Positions 7,630 to 15,208 of a stretch of DNA of 55,920 bases are shown here, one piece after another; positions within the stretch are counted from its first letter, which is position 1; each line of letters begins with the position of its first letter. The stretch comes from a virus. The stretch is from positions 1-55,920 of the IMG/VR virus record IMGVR_UViG_3300006143_000014. One strand, given 5' to 3'. The position numbers were made by a program, and so were the translations under genes. Below the pieces are notes generated by a model. That model saw nothing but the letters and a program-made list of their open reading frames with translations, was not told the origin of the DNA and ran no database searches.

Positions 7630-8486
7630 CAGTGCTTAGTAACGTAGGTAAAGTATGCCGCAAGTTTGTCAGCCACAGCGTCTTTATCATCCAGCCAAAA
7701 AGCCTTTGCGAAGTCCACATAGGCGTCAACAGTGTTAATGCCGTATTTCTTGAACATTTTGCAAAGGTCGCTGTATGTTGCGTTCAGCGCCGCCCAAAAC
7801 TCCCAAGGCGACCCATCAATCTCTTTCTGCGCCATCACCTGTTTGGCCTGGTCCATGGTCCAGTGGGGGCCGCGGGTGCCATCCTCGTTCTTTAGGCTGC
7901 CCATCCACTCCTCGGCCATCTCCCGGTCGAAGCGGGGCATCCGTTCACTGGCAGCGTAGCCCTGCATAGGCCGCTGGCCCTGCATCCGCTCCATCTCGTC
8001 ATAGCGGGGCATGGTCGCGTCTGAGCCGTTCATGCTGGGCGCGAAGCCAATTGGGTTCATCCTGCGTTCTCTCCTTTCCTCCTCATAGATGGGATAGGTG
8101 GGGTAATACCTGCTGTCCATCTCCGGGTTATCGTAGCCGCCGCGAGAGTCGGGATAGCGCGGGTAGTTTCCGCCCATCATGGACATAGGCGCGAAGCGCC
8201 CGTTGTCATAGTGCTCCCGGCCACGGCGGTCACGGAAGCGGCTGTCCGGGCCGTAGCCCTCGCCGTCATACTCGGCGCGGCCATAGTTCATTCCGCCCTC
8301 GTATTCGCTGCGGCCATATTCGCTTCTGCCGCCGGAACCGCCGTACTCGCCCCGCCCATAGCCGGATCCCCGGCCACGCGAGCTGCCGCCGCCGGCCTCG
8401 GCTCGCGCGCCCCAATCCTCATACTCCACGTTGACGCGCCGGCCTTTGTCACGGTTTGCCATCATCATAAGCGCTTTTTTGTTCAC
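7629..8486 (-). CDS. Arg/Gly/Tyr/Glu-rich low-complexity protein with globular C-terminal domain, 285 aa
   Basis: SRGRGSGYGRGEYGGSGGRSEYGRSEYEGG..., then ...GPHWTMDQAKQVMAQKEIDGSPWEFWAALN.... It is the last gene of the post-lysis operon. Confidence 0.65.
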   Translation of the reverse strand: MNKKALMMMANRDKGRRVNVEYEDWGARAEAGGGSSRGRGSGYGRGEYGGSGGRSEYGRSEYEGGMNYGRAEYDGEGYGPDSRFRDRRGREHYDNGRFAPMSMMGGNYPRYPDSRGGYDNPEMDSRYYPTYPIYEEERRERRMNPIGFAPSMNGSDATMPRYDEMERMQGQRPMQGYAASERMPRFDREMAEEWMGSLKNEDGTRGPHWTMDQAKQVMAQKEIDGSPWEFWAALNATYSDLCKMFKKYGINTVDAYVDFAKAFWLDDKDAVADKLAAYFTYVTKH

Positions 8487-8498
8487 GTTCAGCCCTCC

Positions 8499-8903
8499 TT
8501 ATGCACCGGGCGGCGCGGGCGCGGCGGGAGCCGTCCCGTCAATGCTGGGCAGATTATTGGTCGGGCAGGGGCAGGCGTTGCCCAGCAGCTTGAAGGTGCC
8601 GCCGGTTTCGCTGGTGGAGACCACAGTGGAATACCGGGTCCGCGTGCGGATCGCGCAGGCGGTGAGCTGGGCGCAGCACTTGTTGGTCAGCGGGTAAAGC
8701 TCCGTGCCGTCGCCAATCGTCACGACCACTGGGGCGTTGATGGTAGTTGCGGCGGGAATGGCCTGGGCAACCACGATGCAGTATTTGCACCCATCGCCGT
8801 AGGCCCCGGCGGGAAGGTTGATGACCAGGTTTCCGCCGGTAAAGGTCACCGCCGCCGAAATGACCAAATGGTCGCACAGGCGGCACACAGGTTTACAGGA
8901 CAT
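8499..8903 (-). CDS. Cys-rich hypothetical protein, 134 aa
   Basis: ATG at 8903 lies 7 nt after AAGGAGGA. MSCKPVCRLCDHLV...GCKYC...KCCAQLTAC...CPCP. Confidence 0.6.
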   Translation of the reverse strand: MSCKPVCRLCDHLVISAAVTFTGGNLVINLPAGAYGDGCKYCIVVAQAIPAATTINAPVVVTIGDGTELYPLTNKCCAQLTACAIRTRTRYSTVVSTSETGGTFKLLGNACPCPTNNLPSIDGTAPAAPAPPGA

Positions 8904-8999
8904 AAACATTCCTCCTTGAAAGTCAGGGGCGGCGAGAACCACCGCCGCCCCGAAGTCGTCACCCGTCATTCGGGGAAATTTAACTTGCCGGTAACTTGC

Positions 9000-9821
9000 T
9001 CAGCAGCAGGAACCGCAGCCCTGGTTGCAGCCGCAGCCGTTGGCGAGAACCTGCGGAGCCCAGTTGCCCAGGCCGCAGGGAGACGCGGCGGGGTAAGCGG
9101 GCACGGGGCGCGGGTTGATTACGCCGGTGAGCTGGTTGATGATGTAGTTGGCGGTGGACTGATCGCCGCACTGGGCCAGCTGAGTGCGCAGGTTGGCAAT
9201 CGTCTCGTCCTTGCGGGCCATCTCCATCGCGTCCAGCTTGGCCAGCACACGGTCGGTGTCGTTGTGGGCGTTTTGGATGATGGCGGTGGTGTTGGCCTGG
9301 TCGTTGTAGCTGGTCTGGCAGAAGCCGCGCTCCACCTGGTTGCCAAGCTGCATGAGGTTGGTCTGCGTCTTGCAGCAGCAGTCCGCGGCCTGGGCCTGAG
9401 CGGCGTTGAAGCCCTGCATCATGGCAACCTGCGTGGCATTGAACCCGCCCTGCATGGCGTTGCCCAGGGTGCACACAGCGTTGTCAACCCCGTGGAAGCC
9501 CTGCATCATGTTCATGCCCAGGTTGCTCAGGGCATTGCTCTGCGCGTAGAAGCCGTCACAGATACCGGCGTTGATGCCGTCCAGCTTGCCGATGATGCTC
9601 TGGGTGTCCAGGCTGCGCTGAAGGATCGCCTCAGTGGGGTAAGCGCCGCCGCCACCGCCGCCGCCAAAGCCGCCGAAGCCGTTGCCGCCCCACAGACAGG
9701 CCAGCAGGATAATGGCCCACAGCCACTCGCCGCCGAAGCCGTTGCCCCAGCCGTTGTTGCCGCCGCCGTTGTTGTCCTGGCCCAAAGCGTAGCCAAGAGA
9801 GAAATCGTTTCCATCAGCCAT
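9000..9821 (-). CDS. Gly/Asn/Phe-rich, Met/Gln-repeat protein with one TM and a Cys-rich C-terminus, 273 aa
   Basis: GGGNNGWGNGFGGEWLWAIILLACLWGGNGFGGFGGGGGGG, repeated MQGF-type motifs, and an ending of GCGCNQGCGSCC. Confidence 0.65.
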   Translation of the reverse strand: MADGNDFSLGYALGQDNNGGGNNGWGNGFGGEWLWAIILLACLWGGNGFGGFGGGGGGGAYPTEAILQRSLDTQSIIGKLDGINAGICDGFYAQSNALSNLGMNMMQGFHGVDNAVCTLGNAMQGGFNATQVAMMQGFNAAQAQAADCCCKTQTNLMQLGNQVERGFCQTSYNDQANTTAIIQNAHNDTDRVLAKLDAMEMARKDETIANLRTQLAQCGDQSTANYIINQLTGVINPRPVPAYPAASPCGLGNWAPQVLANGCGCNQGCGSCC

Positions 9822-10038
9822 AATAAAATCTCCTTTTCAAATATTTGCAAGCCGGGGCCGTACGCTCCCCAGCGTTTGCACGTTGGAAAGCGGTTTTGGT
9901 CAAGACCCGCAAAACTGAAAAAGAGTTGCAATTACTTTTGATATGTGGTATCATGACAGTGGAACACATCATCTGCCACGACTGTGTTTTTCCGTGCCTA
10001 CCCCTGTCAGCGTTGCCGCGCTGCCGGGGGTTTTCTTT

Positions 10039-10275
10039 TTATTTTGGAACCTGAATACCAAGCTGCTGAGCGATCTGCTCCACGCTTGTCCCCCGCTCCT
10101 TCGCCATGTTCTCTGCCATCTGCCGAAGCTGCTGTGGGTTTTTCCCGTTCATCATCTGCATGACCTGGGCGATTTGAGGATTGGACCGCGACATCTGCTG
10201 CATCACTGCCATAGGGTTTCCGCCGTTTCTGGCCGTGTTCATAAGCATAAAGATCGGGTTATTCATCGGCATCAT
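10039..10275 (-). CDS. Met/Gln/Asn-rich small protein, 78 aa
   Basis: MMPMNNPIFMLMNTARNGGNPMAVMQQMSRSNPQIAQVMQMMNGKNPQQ.... It overlaps the upstream stop. Confidence 0.55.
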   Translation of the reverse strand: MMPMNNPIFMLMNTARNGGNPMAVMQQMSRSNPQIAQVMQMMNGKNPQQLRQMAENMAKERGTSVEQIAQQLGIQVPK

Positions 10276-10729
10276 TTTTTCTGCCTCCCTTTCCGCCCGA
10301 AGCGGGTTTTTTTAGCTGCTCCAAGTCCTTTTTGATTTCGCCGAGTAAGCCTTTCAGTTCGTCTACCTGGGCAGTCGTGGCAAAGGCGGTGGCGGTTTGC
10401 TCCTGTATGGCTTCCGGCACAGCGGGAGTAAACTCGGCGAATTCAGCGGCCCCCGTCGCCATGTTCCACCGCTTCAGATAAATTCTGTTGTGCGTCACGT
10501 CAGGGAACAGCATCATGGCTCCGCTAAAATCGGCCTGAACCGCGTTTGCCTCGTCTTTGTTGGACACGGGGCGGCTGGCAGGTGAAATCCCCTGGCCCAT
10601 CTGTTGGGCTGTCTGAAAGGCCTGTACGGGCATTTGCTGGGGCGTCTGCATCATCATTTGATTTTGGTACGGCTGGGCCATGCCGTACCCGGAGCCATAG
10701 GCCGGGTAATTCCCATAATTAAATGCCAT
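10259..10729 (-). CDS. Protein with Tyr/Gly/Gln/Met-rich N-terminus, central domain and C-terminal coiled coil, 156 aa
   Basis: MAFNYGNYPAYGSGYGMAQPYQNQMMMQTPQQMPVQAFQ.... GAGGAGG RBS. Confidence 0.6.
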   Translation of the reverse strand: MAFNYGNYPAYGSGYGMAQPYQNQMMMQTPQQMPVQAFQTAQQMGQGISPASRPVSNKDEANAVQADFSGAMMLFPDVTHNRIYLKRWNMATGAAEFAEFTPAVPEAIQEQTATAFATTAQVDELKGLLGEIKKDLEQLKKPASGGKGGRKNDADE

Positions 10730-10748
10730 CGCTTAAACCTCCTCAGTG

Positions 10749-10901
10749 TCAATCGTTGGGCCTCTGCCTTTGTCCGCGCTCAAACTCGCAGATGTAGCGT
10801 TCCAGTCCGGCGTCGTTGCCCTGCTGGAAAAACCAAAACGCGGTGTCAAAAGCGGTTTCTGCGTCCATGCCTACGGCCACCAGCCGGTCTACGGCTTGCA
10901 T
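10749..10901 (-). CDS. Small hypothetical protein, 50 aa
   Basis: ATG at 10901 lies behind GGAGGGGA. MQAVDRLVAVGMDAETAFDTAFWFFQQGNDAGLERYI.... Confidence 0.4.
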   Translation of the reverse strand: MQAVDRLVAVGMDAETAFDTAFWFFQQGNDAGLERYICEFERGQRQRPND

Positions 10902-10921
10902 AATATCCCCTCCAAGAAAGA

Positions 10922-10986
10922 ATAGGAGGGCGCAGAAATGCCGTTTGGCATGGCGGCTTTGCCGCCTTATCTCCGCGTCCTCCTAT
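10922..10986 (-). other. GC-rich structured element: closing stem plus two internal hairpins
   Basis: ATAGGAGGgCGC pairs with GCGtCCTCCTAT. The stem encloses ATGCC-gttt-GGCAT and GGCGGC-ttt-GCCGCC. It lies between a terminator and the first cargo ORF. Confidence 0.35.
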
Positions 10987-10999
10987 GAATTTATGATAA

Positions 11000-11040
11000 C
11001 AAAAAAACAGGCGGGCGCTCTATCAGCTTCCCGCCTGTTT
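11000..11040 (-). terminator. Rho-independent terminator after the sigma-like gene
   Basis: ACAGGCGGG-14 nt-CCCGCCTGT, flanked by A7 and T5, so it could act in both directions. Confidence 0.75.
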
Positions 11041-11055
11041 TTCATCAAAAAACTA

Positions 11056-11259
11056 TCACAGAACCTTGAATATCTTCCTTTTTATGGACTTAATGCGCCT
11101 ATCCACCGTTGCAACCGACATATTGAGCGCCATGGCGATTGCAACGCGGCTGTTGTCCTTCACGCGCAGGTTGAATACCTTCAGTTCCTCCCCGGTAAAG
11201 TTGCATTGACGCCGAAAGTATTCGCATTCCGGCTCTGTAAACTCAGTCTTGAGGTTCAA
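11056..11259 (-). CDS. Sigma-70 region-4-like HTH regulator, 67 aa
   Basis: ...FTGEELKVFNLRVKDNSRVAIAMALNMSVATVDRRIKSIKRKI resembles small sigma-like or LuxR-type HTH proteins of phages and Tn916-type elements. Confidence 0.65.
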   Translation of the reverse strand: MNLKTEFTEPECEYFRRQCNFTGEELKVFNLRVKDNSRVAIAMALNMSVATVDRRIKSIKRKIFKVL

Positions 11260-11285
11260 AGGGTCACCTCTTTTTCTTTTTGACC

Positions 11286-11597
11286 CTAACGCCCTTGGAC
11301 TTCCCCTTCCCCTTTTTGCGTACTCGTGCTGCTATCCGTGCCATTGTTGATATTACCCGTGTTATCGCCCTGGACGAAATTGGCATATCCGCCCTCGCCG
11401 CTGTCTACGACATAAGTATCGAACTCGCTCCACTTGTGGATGTGGTAGAAGTGCTGCGCGATCATTCCGGCGACCAGTATGCCAATCACAACAAAGCAGG
11501 CGATCAAGACCTTTCGAAGAAACATATTTGTTTCCTTCAGGTCTGCATACATTTCAGAAGCCAGCGGATTATTATTTTTCTCGTCCATGCGGTTCAC
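11286..11597 (-). CDS. Single-pass membrane protein, 103 aa
   Basis: TM LIACFVVIGILVAGMIAQHF. It is located directly after the endolysin. Confidence 0.6.
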   Translation of the reverse strand: MNRMDEKNNNPLASEMYADLKETNMFLRKVLIACFVVIGILVAGMIAQHFYHIHKWSEFDTYVVDSGEGGYANFVQGDNTGNINNGTDSSTSTQKGEGEVQGR

Positions 11598-11643
11598 GTC
11601 CTTTCTTCAAAAATTTTATCACAACGTGGGTCTGTTTGCAAGC

Positions 11644-12363
11644 TTAATCCAACTTTCCCAACCGGTCCAGCACGGTCATGGTCCGGCAGAAGTCCTCGGA
11701 CACGTTCAGCGCCCCGTCCCCGGTGCCCTTGAGCGCACCCTTCTTCACAAGCTTGTCCACCGTGGGCCGGTAGTGGCTGGGCACATCCTCCAGCTTCTCG
11801 TAAATAACAACCATCTCGTCGTCCTCCTTTTTGTCGTCGGGCACAAGGGACCAGTCCGGCCGCCCATAGCCCTTGATTTTTGCGTACCGCAGGGAGTATT
11901 TACACGAGCGCACCGCGCTGGGGCTGCCCGCGTTGCCCTCAATGGTGTGCACGTACCCGTCCTTCACCGCCGCCACCAGCCCCGTATGGCTGGTCACCGT
12001 GGCCGTGCCGAAAAAGATTTGGTCCCCCGGTTGGGGCGTCTGGAAAAACTGCTTCCTTGCCTTGTAGTAGTCCATGGAGTACTTCGTGCCCGCGCCCAGG
12101 GATTTGTTGGGCTGGCACAGCAGCTTTTGGCCCAGCTCCCGCCCAAAGGTGCGCACGAAGCACCAGTCCACGAACACGTCGCACCAGTCGTAGCCGTTTT
12201 TCCGTCCATTGTAGAAGTCCCCCAGGGCGTCCAGATCACGGGCGAACCTGTTCCACAGCCCGCCAGCGTTGGCCCCTGGGTCGTCCAGGGCGGCGTTGGT
12301 CTTCTTGCCCAAGTAGCCCACCTGATCCTCCGCAGTGGCGATGACCCGTTCCGGAGCCGTCAT
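11644..12363 (-). CDS. CHAP-domain endolysin, 239 aa
   Basis: NGYDWCDVFVDWC...SHTGLV shows the Cys/His CHAP signature. An ATGA overlap joins it to the holin stop. Confidence 0.85.
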   Translation of the reverse strand: MTAPERVIATAEDQVGYLGKKTNAALDDPGANAGGLWNRFARDLDALGDFYNGRKNGYDWCDVFVDWCFVRTFGRELGQKLLCQPNKSLGAGTKYSMDYYKARKQFFQTPQPGDQIFFGTATVTSHTGLVAAVKDGYVHTIEGNAGSPSAVRSCKYSLRYAKIKGYGRPDWSLVPDDKKEDDEMVVIYEKLEDVPSHYRPTVDKLVKKGALKGTGDGALNVSEDFCRTMTVLDRLGKLD

Positions 12364-12560
12364 AGGCTCAGCTCCATAGCGTCCTGCACCTTCTGGCTCT
12401 GGGTGCCGAAGTAGAACGCGATCACCACGGCGTACACCGTCATGAAGTCCTGGCTGATGGCCTGACGCACCGTCATCACGGCGAACACCACCGTGAGTGC
12501 CAGGGTGACCAGGGACTTCACGCTGAGCAGGTTGCCCAAGCGCTTGTAAATAGTTTCCAT
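12360..12560 (-). CDS. Holin, 66 aa
   Basis: Two TM segments, small size, and a position immediately upstream of the endolysin. Confidence 0.75.
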   Translation of the reverse strand: METIYKRLGNLLSVKSLVTLALTVVFAVMTVRQAISQDFMTVYAVVIAFYFGTQSQKVQDAMELSL

Positions 12561-12805
12561 TATGTACCCTCGCTTTCCTTTGTGTGTCCGAATAGGACAC
12601 CGTCGTTGTGCTCAAAAACGTTCTCCACCACCTTCAGGACGTTCACGCCCAGGATGGTGGTAATGGCCTGCTGGCTCAGTTCCACCACAGGAAAGGGCTG
12701 TCCAAGCTTTACCGTAGCGTACATGGCGATAAGATAGGACGTGCTCACCCACACCAAGGCGGCCAGCTGCGTGGTGACGAACAGCCACCGGGTGACGCGC
12801 TTCAC
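12560..12805 (-). CDS. Second holin-like membrane protein, 81 aa
   Basis: GTG at 12805 forms a GTGA overlap with the XhlA-like stop. Two hydrophobic segments. Confidence 0.55.
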   Translation of the reverse strand: MKRVTRWLFVTTQLAALVWVSTSYLIAMYATVKLGQPFPVVELSQQAITTILGVNVLKVVENVFEHNDGVLFGHTKESEGT

Positions 12806-13128
12806 TTGCCCACCCCCGGCATCCCCGCCGCCAGCCACACCAGGAACGCGCCCACCAGGGCGCTCAGGGCATACCCAACCAGGCTTTCCCATCGCTTGGC
12901 AGGCTTTTCGGCCAATTCTTTGGCTGTGGCGTTCAGCTCGTCCAGCTTCTCATCGATGCTGTCCAGCTTCGTGTTGACGGAAGCCCCATTTTGCTCCAGC
13001 GCTCCAATACGCTCAAACATCTGCCGGTGGGTGTCGGACGAATTTTCCCGGTAGCGGTTGAACTCCTTTTCCAAGGCGTCCACCCTCGTGGACACCGGGC
13101 AGTCTTTGGGGTTGCAGTTTTCAGGCAT
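12802..13128 (-). CDS. xhlA: XhlA-like protein (coiled coil plus C-terminal TM)
   Basis: VDALEKEFNRYRE...LDSIDEKLDELN, then TM LVGYALSALVGAFLVWLAAG. Synteny resembles PBSX xhlA-xhlB-xlyA. Confidence 0.7.
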   Translation of the reverse strand: MPENCNPKDCPVSTRVDALEKEFNRYRENSSDTHRQMFERIGALEQNGASVNTKLDSIDEKLDELNATAKELAEKPAKRWESLVGYALSALVGAFLVWLAAGMPGVGK

Positions 13129-13143
13129 ACCAAAATCCCTCCT

Positions 13144-13362
13144 TTAACAGCCGCAGCCCGTGATAAGCGGTGGCGAGTATGTCACGCCCATCATTCGGCA
13201 CGTGCGGATTGTCTCCGGCTCTTTTGTTGGCGAAAACGGAACGGCGGACGAAAACTCATAGTACGCCAGACACCGGCTACCATAGCAGTCTGCGAACTCC
13301 CCGTTTTCCTCTTTACGGAATGGGCATTTCATGGTGCGTTCTTTTTCAGGCATTGATATCAT
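13144..13362 (-). CDS. Small Cys-rich protein
   Basis: MKCPFRKEENGEFADCYGSRCLAYYEF...ITGCGC. The start is ambiguous (13362, 13353 or 13332). Confidence 0.5.
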   Translation of the reverse strand: MISMPEKERTMKCPFRKEENGEFADCYGSRCLAYYEFSSAVPFSPTKEPETIRTCRMMGVTYSPPLITGCGC

Positions 13363-13366
13363 TCCT

Positions 13367-14197
13367 TTACAAAAATTCTATTTCACTGATAGTGGATTGG
13401 TCTTGTCCGTTGTATGCCGCCCCACAAAGCAGTTTGCAATAGCGGCACGAGACCGAAGATGCAAATATGATTTCCCGCCAGCGTTTACTTTCTGGGCTGT
13501 AACCCTCTCCAGAATTGTCAATAACCGTAGCCCATTCATTTCCATCTTCGGAAACTTGAACTGTCACCATCTTAGGGAAATACGCCGCAGCGGTTTCCGC
13601 AGGAAACATTCGTATTCCAGTTATGGCAACTGCATCGCCGAAGTACAACTGAACGAAACGTCCAGATCGCGCAGCAGAATACCAGTATTGCCCTCTTGTT
13701 CCAGATATTGAACCGTCAAATGCCTTGTATGCATAATACACGTTCCCAGTAGAATCAGTGTATTCCGCATCTGCGCTCGCAACATATGGCGCTGGCTTAG
13801 CGTTATCTGTCATATGCGGGCTCCACCATACCAGTATTGGTTGAGAGGCCGACACCATTTTTAGCCCCCACTGGAAATTGACCGTTATGGCCGATGTTCC
13901 TTTCTCAAGTGGTCCTGTTGGGTCAAAAGTCAGGTTTGCGTGGTCAATATGCAGAACATTTCCGTCTGAAAAGTTTGCATAAACTGACATATCGGAAGGA
14001 TCAAATTCTTCCCCAGCGGTGTATATCGTTTTTAGTGGCGGTTCTGCAATTTCAATGGACTCTAAGTGCGGCCCTTCAATGCCGGCAGGAATGGCCAGTA
14101 TCCGTGCGGGAAAGTCTTCCGCTGCAATCCCATCCGTTTTCCCGTCTTTCTCGTGGATGGCGGCGGCGATGGCGTTAAACAGCGCTTCAAGTGCCAT
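13367..14197 (-). CDS. Fibre-associated protein with Ig-like and discoidin (F5/8 type C)-like domains
   Basis: YKAFDGSISGTRGQYWYS...VQLYFGDAVAITGIRMFP...VTVQVSEDGNEW fits a carbohydrate-binding discoidin pattern. Confidence 0.75.
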   Translation of the reverse strand: MALEALFNAIAAAIHEKDGKTDGIAAEDFPARILAIPAGIEGPHLESIEIAEPPLKTIYTAGEEFDPSDMSVYANFSDGNVLHIDHANLTFDPTGPLEKGTSAITVNFQWGLKMVSASQPILVWWSPHMTDNAKPAPYVASADAEYTDSTGNVYYAYKAFDGSISGTRGQYWYSAARSGRFVQLYFGDAVAITGIRMFPAETAAAYFPKMVTVQVSEDGNEWATVIDNSGEGYSPESKRWREIIFASSVSCRYCKLLCGAAYNGQDQSTISEIEFL

Positions 14198-14480
14198 AAT
14201 ACACCTTCTTTATCGCGCCTGTGATAGAGGCGTTAATTGCATCGTTGACCTGGTCCATCGTTGCGCAAGTCGGGTCTTCCCATCTCGCATCATAATCGGC
14301 ATCAGATGCTTTCATGAGCATCTGCCCGACGGTTCCGCCTGGGGGAACGCCCATTCCGTCTTTTCCGGGCGGCCCCTGGTCTCCCGGATCGCCTTTTTCA
14401 CCCTTGACTGCGCCCATCCCTTCAGCCGTTTCCTTTGTGTAATCCTTGCTCAGCGCAAGGGAAATTGGGTCAAATGCCAT
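14187..14480 (-). CDS. Collagen-like repeat fibre protein, 97 aa
   Basis: GEKGDPGDQGPPGKDG is a run of G-X-Y triplets. Confidence 0.7.
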   Translation of the reverse strand: MAFDPISLALSKDYTKETAEGMGAVKGEKGDPGDQGPPGKDGMGVPPGGTVGQMLMKASDADYDARWEDPTCATMDQVNDAINASITGAIKKVYYGT

Positions 14481-14492
14481 GACCAGCCCCCC

Positions 14493-14678
14493 TTATTGCT
14501 TCCACCATTTCTTTTCGTCCGAATCGAACATATACAGAGTGGCGTCAAGACCGAGCTCCGCCGCGTCCATGACGTAAAACGTACTTCCATTGGGCACTCC
14601 TTCTGTTGGCTTCTCATCGGTGGACTTTCCCCGAATGTCCCAGATAGCGGAACCTGAGTTTGTGGTTACGCTAATCAT
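14493..14678 (-). CDS. Hypothetical protein, 61 aa
   Basis: ATG at 14678 forms an ATGA overlap with the XkdX-like stop. MISVTTNSGSAIWDIRGKSTDEKP.... Confidence 0.5.
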   Translation of the reverse strand: MISVTTNSGSAIWDIRGKSTDEKPTEGVPNGSTFYVMDAAELGLDATLYMFDSDEKKWWKQ

Positions 14679-14806
14679 ACGTACGCTTCCCCCGTGATTT
14701 CCCTGTATTCGGTCCTGGTGATAACGCCCTTCTTTACAGCAACCTTCACCTGGGCCTTGCTCCACAGCTTGCGCTCGTAGTTTCTCTTGATGGTTTCGAA
14801 GTTCAT
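14675..14806 (-). CDS. xkdX: XkdX-family small phage protein, 43 aa
   Basis: MNFETIKRNYERKLWSKAQVKVAVKKGVITRTEYREITGEAYV. AAGGAGGA RBS. It is below the ORF-track cutoff. Confidence 0.65.
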   Translation of the reverse strand: MNFETIKRNYERKLWSKAQVKVAVKKGVITRTEYREITGEAYV

Positions 14807-14818
14807 ACAGTTTCCTCC

Positions 14819-15178
14819 TTATACGGTTTCGGTATCGTCGGGCAGGCTGCTCATGGCCAGGAATTCCAGCGCAGCGGCAGTGCGTTCCTCCACGCTGGGG
14901 CCGGGGTCCGGGGGATTGTTCTCAAAATCCTCAATGGCGGCCAGAACCTCGTCGTCCGTCATTGCGTCGGTGATATTCGCGCCCCGGCGGATGAAAGATT
15001 CCTTATACGCCTCAAACTCCATGGCGCACCCGCCGTTAATGGGCGGCGTGGTGATAATCATCTTTACGCCTTGAATTTTGGCCCACGGATACATATTGGC
15101 CCATTCTGTGGCAGTGAACTGCTTCCCGCTGGGGGTGATGATGTCGTCGGTTTTGTTCCAGATTTGGTAGTGTGACAT
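14819..15178 (-). CDS. Hypothetical protein in the XkdW position, 119 aa
   Basis: ATG at 15178. It lies between the fibre genes and the XkdX-like gene. The functional call rests on synteny only. Confidence 0.55.
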   Translation of the reverse strand: MSHYQIWNKTDDIITPSGKQFTATEWANMYPWAKIQGVKMIITTPPINGGCAMEFEAYKESFIRRGANITDAMTDDEVLAAIEDFENNPPDPGPSVEERTAAALEFLAMSSLPDDTETV

Positions 15179-15208
15179 GATATGTGCTCCTTTCATATTG
15201 TGCGGAAT

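Noticed and set aside
8211-9941. A 576-aa plus-strand ORF, the longest ORF in this area.
   Set aside because: It lies antisense to three well-supported minus-strand genes with RBSs. Its composition is Ala/Gly/Arg/Val-rich, typical of shadow frames in GC-rich coding DNA, and it has no RBS.
11479-12414. Plus-strand 311-aa ORF opposite the endolysin.
   Set aside because: It is a shadow frame of the CHAP endolysin and holin genes, with no RBS and Arg/Pro/Gly/His-rich composition.
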